NCBI RefSeq assembly: GCF_001564455.1 | Contig: NZ_CP011391.1 | Span: 30,001-62,000, forward strand | From: Faecalibaculum rodentium | GTDB lineage: Bacteria; Bacillota_I; Bacilli_A; Erysipelotrichales; Erysipelotrichaceae | Direction of reading: 5' to 3' | Length of the DNA: 32,000 nt | Shown: positions 23,289-32,000 of the stretch, one piece after another | Position numbering within the stretch: position 1 is the stretch's first letter | Layout: every line of letters starts with the position of its first letter | The notes under the pieces: generated by a model | Told to the model about the DNA's origin: nothing | The model's input: only the letters and a program-made list of their open reading frames with translations | The model's database searches: none | Made by a program: the position numbers and the translations under genes

Positions 23289-24401
23289 TTACTGATTGAC
23301 GTCCATTCCGTTTACTTCCAGACCATCGTCGATCTGAATCATGAGATACCGTTTGCCATCCACCAGCTGTGTTTTCACTTTCCATGCCGCATCCCCCCGG
23401 ACTGTGACGCTGATGTCTTTCATCCTGACAGACAGTTTCTCGGAATCCATCAGATTCACCGCCTTCAGCTCATTGTCACCCACGGTTTTGTCATACACGG
23501 CGGAATAGTGCTGCAGGGTATCCTCGTTCAGACCGGCGTCTTCAAGAAGAGCCCGCATTTTTGTTTTATCCAGCGCCAATGGGACTCCGTCTTCTTCCGC
23601 TTCTGCGACCATGTCCCGCAGAGAACCGTACACATGGCTGACGGTATCAAAATTCAGTTCCCGACCGGCGACATCAGTCAGCATTTTGCGGAAACAGTCA
23701 TTTTCCTTGTCATACGGAAGATCCGACATGGTGCCGATGATGTATTCGATGAACATCTCATTCGGCCGTTTGGGGGTCTTTGTATAATACAGGATATGGT
23801 TTACATCTGCGCCGCCATCTGTATAGCAGGGGTACAGAAAGCCATCCAGTCCTGAGGATATGACATGCATATCCACGTCCTCTTTTTTCTCCATCGTGCC
23901 TGTTTCTTCATTGAAGTACAAGCCGATGTCTGTCAGGGTCACTTCGTTGATGGAGCACAGCAGAAAACGGTAGGAGGAACCGCTGTCTTCCAGCTTGTTC
24001 TGGTCCTTGACCTGCCATGCACAGGCAGCAAGAATCAGGAAGTATCCATTGAGGTAGGAAGTGTTTCTGGTGAATTCATTTACGAATTCTTTGACCAGGT
24101 CCGGGTCCTTCAGACGGGACTGATTCAGGTCGTACAGTTTCTGCTGACAGTCAGAACCGGATTCAAAGCTGTACTCTGTCAGCTGACGACCGAGTTTGCC
24201 GGAAAGGGCCTTTTTGAGTATTGCCAGGTAAATGGTCCGTTCGGATTCGCTCAGGTCTTCATAGTCTGTGATGTCAAAGCATTTGATGACCGGAGACGAA
24301 TTTTCATTGGAGACATAGGCAGCAGCGATATTGGCAATGAAAAAATCGCTGTTGTCTTTTTTGAACTGGCGCCGCAGCTGGGCGATTTCTTTTGCATTCA
24401 T
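23289..24401 (-). CDS. Conserved hypothetical protein (possibly DUF4317 family; unverified)
   Basis: 370-aa uninterrupted ORF with non-repetitive, protein-like composition. The only antisense ORFs are short. The N-terminus MNAKEIAQLRRQFKKDN resembles, from memory, DUF4317 proteins of Bacillota. Confidence 0.55.
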   Translation of the reverse strand: MNAKEIAQLRRQFKKDNSDFFIANIAAAYVSNENSSPVIKCFDITDYEDLSESERTIYLAILKKALSGKLGRQLTEYSFESGSDCQQKLYDLNQSRLKDPDLVKEFVNEFTRNTSYLNGYFLILAACAWQVKDQNKLEDSGSSYRFLLCSINEVTLTDIGLYFNEETGTMEKKEDVDMHVISSGLDGFLYPCYTDGGADVNHILYYTKTPKRPNEMFIEYIIGTMSDLPYDKENDCFRKMLTDVAGRELNFDTVSHVYGSLRDMVAEAEEDGVPLALDKTKMRALLEDAGLNEDTLQHYSAVYDKTVGDNELKAVNLMDSEKLSVRMKDISVTVRGDAAWKVKTQLVDGKRYLMIQIDDGLEVNGMDVNQ

Positions 24402-24628
24402 GTCAGTAAGTGTATCATTCCCGGCCGATGGTGAACACAGGAAAGAGGATTCCTGAATAAGGGAGAAGATATGCAGATGGGGATGATTGAGGAATCCGGA
24501 GCATAAATGGATTGAGCAGGAATGACGGACTGCAGCAGATGGAGAGGGACGTGGAATCGACAGGTGGCCTTACTTGTACAAAACGATACTATCAAAAAAA
24601 TGAAATGCAAAAAAGTGCAGAAAAGGGG

Positions 24629-24656
24629 TTGCACTTCTGTGAGGGTGTGGTATTAT
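24629..24656 (+). promoter_or_regulatory. rRNA operon promoter P1
   Basis: TTGCAC (24629-24634), 16-nt spacer ending in TGG (extended -10 TG), TATTAT (24651-24656). An A-rich UP-like tract lies upstream (ATCAAAAAAATGAAATGCAAAAAAG). Confidence 0.55.
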
Positions 24657-24729
24657 AAGTGAGCCGCAAGCGATTTGGATAAATCAAAAAGCTGCAACAC
24701 AGAAAAGAATAAAAAGTTCAAATAATGTG

Positions 24730-24758
24730 TTGACAGACTCTTGCGGATGAGTTAAGAT
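24730..24758 (+). promoter_or_regulatory. rRNA operon promoter P2
   Basis: TTGACA (24730-24735), 17-nt spacer, TAAGAT (24753-24758). Confidence 0.55.
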
Positions 24759-24880
24759 ATAAGAGTGCTGAGGGGCACAGGCGGGCTTGACAGCCAGACC
24801 GCTCATTCAGTATCTTTGAAAAGCTTGTGACTTCATCAGAAGCCGCAGGCGATGGAAGCATCTGTCATGGGTGCTGACGC

Positions 24881-24892
24881 TCTTTGAAAACT
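24881..24892 (+). promoter_or_regulatory. boxA-like rRNA leader antitermination motif TCTTTGAAAACT
   Basis: Same core as the Bacillus rrn leader motif (TCTTTGAAAACTAAA). Related copies lie at 24813-24822 (leader) and 26606-26617 (16S-23S spacer). Confidence 0.5.
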
Positions 24893-24991
24893 GGACAGGA
24901 AAAACGAAGTAAATACAAGACGATACAACGTCGATTCTTTGAACCTGAAAAACAATCATGAACACAAGACGCAAAGCGTCTGAGTACAGAT

Positions 24992-26528
<1,537 letters not shown>

Positions 26529-26758
26529 TAAGGAGAAAGTACAGGGGAAAAGGAAAAGAACAGAGTGGTTCCTGTCCGGTTTTGGAAGAGTGTCTTCCAG
26601 GTCGATCTTTGAAAACCGTACAACGATATGAAAGACAACAGAAGGTCTGAAGTAAAGTTGTGGAGAAAACAGAAGAAACTGAGAGAAAGAAAAGAACAGT
26701 GAAGAAACAGTTCTGAGAAAATATCTCGAAGAAAGCACGAAAACGTTTGAGAGAATCA

Positions 26759-29643
<2,885 letters not shown>

Positions 29644-29751
29644 AAGAAGAAGCCCGCAGCTTTGCGGAAAGACAGGAAACGAAAGACATATCGTGTATGG
29701 TTTTCAGAGAGTGACCAAAAGACAGGATTCCACAGAAAGTGTTAAGATACA

Positions 29752-29779
29752 GCCGGTTTCTCAGGGAGCCGGTTTTTTT
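29752..29779 (+). terminator. Intrinsic terminator ending the rRNA operon
   Basis: CCGGTTTC (29753-29760) pairs with GGGAGCCGG (29764-29772) as an 8-bp stem with G-U pairs and a TCAG loop, followed by T7 (29773-29779). Confidence 0.65.
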
Positions 29780-29830
29780 GTATTCGGAATGATAATTACA
29801 GATACCTGCAAAGTCCGGACTGACTTCCGG

Positions 29831-29873
29831 CAAAAAGCCCTGACTTCCGGAAAATCTCCGGGCAGCCAGGGGC
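29831..29873 (-). terminator. Probable intrinsic terminator of the minus-strand phosphatase gene
   Basis: The minus strand reads GCCCCTGGCTGCCCGGAGATTTTCCGGAAGTCAGGGC followed by TTTTTG. Outer pairing GCCCCTG/CAGGGC, inner pairing CCGGA/TCCGG. Confidence 0.4.
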
Positions 29874-29931
29874 TTTCTTCAGTAGGTATACCGGGCTGCG
29901 GTTTGCTGCCCTTTACATTGGCTGATAATCT

Positions 29932-30519
29932 TTATGAACCCTGATAATTGGGGTTGAAGACATCTGTCAGCGTGAATCTGTTCGTATCTGTATCGAAATC
30001 GAAAAGCAGTACGGCACAGTTATACAGCCTGTCAGGGATCAGATCCTTGTCCTCAGGATGCCAGAATCGCTGAAAATTCCGGATGGCTCCTCCATGAGAA
30101 ACAACAAGAGCATTCTGCACTGATTCCTGCATCATGATTCCCGTCAGAGTTGCGTTCATCCGGGAAATCAGATTCTCACGGCTTTCTCATCCATTGGCCT
30201 TGAAAAAAGAATCGTACTGAACCAAAGGCGGATTCAGATACTCAGGCTCACCATCCAGAATTCCAAAATTCCATTCCTTGAGACCTTTCTTCCGCTCATA
30301 CGGCAAGTTGGTGACCAGCTCCAATGTGTCGCAGGCTCTTTCGGAAGTGGAAGAAAAAGCGTGGTCGATCGTAAAATCGAGTCCATTGATATAAGCGGCC
30401 GAAAACTTTGCCTGCTCAATGCCCAGAGGTGTGAGTGGCGAATCCACCCATCCCTGGATCCGTTTCCGCTGGTTGAAAACCGTCTGGCCATGACGCATCA
30501 AAACCAGTTTCTTTTTCAT
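29932..30519 (-). pseudogene. Histidine-phosphatase (phosphoglycerate-mutase-like) gene interrupted by one in-frame TGA
   Basis: The N-terminal part is MKKKLVLMRHGQTVFNQRKRIQGWVDSPLTPLG (RHG motif). ATG at 30519 follows AAAGGAAAG. The C-terminal part is VVSHGGAIRNF (SHG motif). The two track ORFs (30187-30663 and 29932-30159) are in the same frame and are separated only by TGA at 30184-30186: ...FFKANG-TGA-ESRENLISRM... Confidence 0.75.
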
Positions 30520-30680
30520 GTGTCTTTCCTTTCTACCTGTAACGCAGGGTGGTGCTTTTTTAACCTTATCATATAAAACTCCTGCAGTGCCAGATGCCCT
30601 GACACCTGTTGCGGAAGACTGTATTGGGTCATATACCGGTCCCTCCTTTTTTCCGGTCAGCATTCCTTTATACTTGTTTT

Positions 30681-31388
30681 ATGAATACAGATAAAAAAGC
30701 GCGACAGCGACAGGCAGCAATCCGCGATCTTCTGCAGAAACAGGAAGTCGTTACAATTCGCGAGTTCTGTGAAACACTCCATGCCAGTGTGGCCACGATT
30801 CGAAAGGATCTCACCCTGCTGGAGGAACGGGGCTGCCTGCGAAGAGTCAGAGGGGGTGCTGTCTCCACAGAAGGCACACCCCGGAACACAGTGTATGTCA
30901 GCCGGCTGCATCTCAATGAACAGGAGAAAACACAAATCGCAGATCAGGCTGTCAGACTCATTCAACCACATATGAAACTGATTCTGGATGCAGGCACGAC
31001 CTGTGCCCGTCTTGCGCAGCGGATACTGGAAGAAGAGATTCCCTGCACTGTCTGGACACCGAACCTCACTGCAATTCAGATTCTCAGCCGGAGTCCGAAA
31101 ATCACGCTGATGTCCGCCGGAGGGATCCTCGACCGTGATCATAATCGGTTTCAGGGTCCGGTCCCCGGGGAGTTTTATGCAGATCTGTATTTTCTTTCTC
31201 CGGATGGTTTCTGCTGTGGACAGGCAACAGGAACCGACCAGGAGGAATCACTGCGAAAACGCTCCTTTGCCAGCCAGAGTGACAAAGTGATATGTCTTGT
31301 GGAACCATCCAAGGAAGGGAGGGTGGCACCTTTTGAGATTTTCTGCCCTGCCGTGACGATTACAGAGAAAGGAATATCATCAAAATAA
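30681..31388 (+). CDS. DeoR-family transcriptional regulator
   Basis: RQRQAAIRDLLQKQEVVTIREFCETLHASVATIRKDLTLLEERGCLRRVRGGAV is the DeoR HTH. The C-terminal sugar-phosphate sensor-like domain has LILDAGTT. The start is taken at ATG 30681 (MNTDKKARQ). The TTG at 30609 would run into the divergent promoter region. No clear SD at either start. Confidence 0.8.
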   Translation: MNTDKKARQRQAAIRDLLQKQEVVTIREFCETLHASVATIRKDLTLLEERGCLRRVRGGAVSTEGTPRNTVYVSRLHLNEQEKTQIADQAVRLIQPHMKLILDAGTTCARLAQRILEEEIPCTVWTPNLTAIQILSRSPKITLMSAGGILDRDHNRFQGPVPGEFYADLYFLSPDGFCCGQATGTDQEESLRKRSFASQSDKVICLVEPSKEGRVAPFEIFCPAVTITEKGISSK

Positions 31389-31461
31389 GCGAAATCGCTA
31401 ATAATAGTTGCTTTTTCTGATCCAGCAGGAGTACGCTGTTGTCAGAGAAAGAGGAAACACT

Positions 31462-32000
31462 ATGAGACTAACCATCTGCAAAAACTATGATGACGTCAGC
31501 AGAATCATGGCTGAACGTGTATTGACACTGCTGGAAAAGAAACCGGATCTGGTTTTCTGTCTTCCCGCCGGGAACTCCCCCGTTGGCATGTATAAGGAAC
31601 TCGTCAAGGCGTATAAAGAAGGCAAGGCGGATTTTTCCTCCCTGCAGACATTCGACATGGATGAATACGTCGGGCTGGGTCCTGAGGATCCTCAAAGCTT
31701 CATTCACTTTATGCATCACCATTTTCTGGATCATGTAAACATCAACCTGGACAACGTTCGCTATCCGGATGCTATGGCGGTGGATCTGGACACTGAACTG
31801 AGGCAGTATGCGAAGGAAATCGCCCACAAAGGACTGGATATCGCCATTACGGGAATCGGTGATGACGGTCACATTGCCTTCAACGAACCAGGTGCGGTAC
31901 AGTATCCGGAAACACACAAAGTGAAACTGGATGAGGCCACACGCCTTCAGAATGCACCGGCTTTTGGAAATGATCCTGAAGCAGTCCCTGAATATGCAAT
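31462..32000 (+). CDS. nagB: Glucosamine-6-phosphate deaminase, 5' part (continues beyond window)
   Basis: Own translation: MRLTICKNYDDVSRIMAERVLTLLEKKPDLVFCLPAGNSPVGMYKELVKAYKEGKADFSSLQTFDMDEYVGL...AITGIGDDGHIAFNEPG. This is the classic NagB pattern. SD AGAGGAAA lies 6 nt upstream. It is absent from the ORF track because no stop is reached. The antisense track ORF 31468-31917 is spurious. Confidence 0.9.
   Translation, partial: MRLTICKNYDDVSRIMAERVLTLLEKKPDLVFCLPAGNSPVGMYKELVKAYKEGKADFSSLQTFDMDEYVGLGPEDPQSFIHFMHHHFLDHVNINLDNVRYPDAMAVDLDTELRQYAKEIAHKGLDIAITGIGDDGHIAFNEPGAVQYPETHKVKLDEATRLQNAPAFGNDPEAVPEYA

Noticed and set aside
24786-24816. Third rRNA promoter: TTGACA (24786-24791) with TATCTT (24811-24816)
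   Set aside because: The spacer is 19 nt, which is too long for a standard sigma-A promoter, and the -10 hexamer is poor. It is not listed as a feature.
29644-29751. Search for a 5S rRNA gene or a tRNA in the 23S trailer
   Set aside because: No conserved 5S blocks and no tRNA acceptor/T-arm pattern are visible on either strand. The absence is reported as a finding instead.
29813-29860. Four TCCGG motifs and the 11-bp direct repeat CTGACTTCCGG (29820-29830 and 29840-29850, 20-bp period) as a possible operator array
   Set aside because: The second repeat copy and the last TCCGG form the stem of the minus-strand terminator of the phosphatase gene. The location is between two 3' ends, where no promoter needs regulating. 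It is too short and too few to call a repeat array.
30184-30186. The in-frame TGA as evidence for an alternative genetic code (TGA=Gly or TGA=Trp) or selenocysteine
   Set aside because: TGA terminates purE, purN, purH, rubredoxin and the RT ORF at their expected C-termini in this same window. No other conserved gene here contains an internal TGA. No SECIS-like hairpin is obvious downstream, and the aligned residue is Gly, not Cys.

Overview
GC-rich Bacillota-type chromosomal segment. By eye the 16S looks Erysipelotrichia-like, but this is not verified. Gene order, left to right:
- Housekeeping: the 3' end of a PSP1/RicT-like gene, then rsmI.
- Purine operon: purE-purL-purF-purM-purN-purH behind a promoter and a leader terminator (attenuator). 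A rubredoxin gene is appended and the unit ends in a strong intrinsic terminator.
- Mobile-element pile-up (10.6-17.4 kb): a ~1.9 kb class C-type group II intron starts on the first base after the terminator T-run. It has an RT/maturase ORF, a domain V with a CGC triad and a domain VI with a bulged A. Thirteen nt past the intron is an IS66-family element (tnpB+tnpC, 8-bp TSD AAATGGGG). Its left terminal repeat is split by an ISL3-family element, which carries a transposase plus an overlapping Zn-ribbon ORF and is flanked by the direct repeat CGTTAATTA.
- Chromosomal genes: a PadR / DUF1700-like / DUF4097-like module, a cytoplasmic GH13 alpha-amylase, a nitroreductase, msrB, a CDP-alcohol phosphatidyltransferase and a conserved hypothetical.
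- rRNA operon: 16S-23S with tandem promoters, no spacer tRNA and no 5S.
- Right end: a histidine-phosphatase gene broken by one in-frame TGA, a DeoR regulator and the 5' part of nagB.

No CRISPR array, no tRNA and no convincing new multi-gene system (defence or toxin-antitoxin type) was found. The best candidates for new biology are:
- a PurF homologue lacking the catalytic Cys1 and the oxyanion Asn;
- an unclassified pur-operon leader/attenuator;
- the uncharacterised accessory ORF of the ISL3 element;
- the structured ends of the IS66 element.

Many long ORFs in the supplied track are antisense artefacts of the high GC content.
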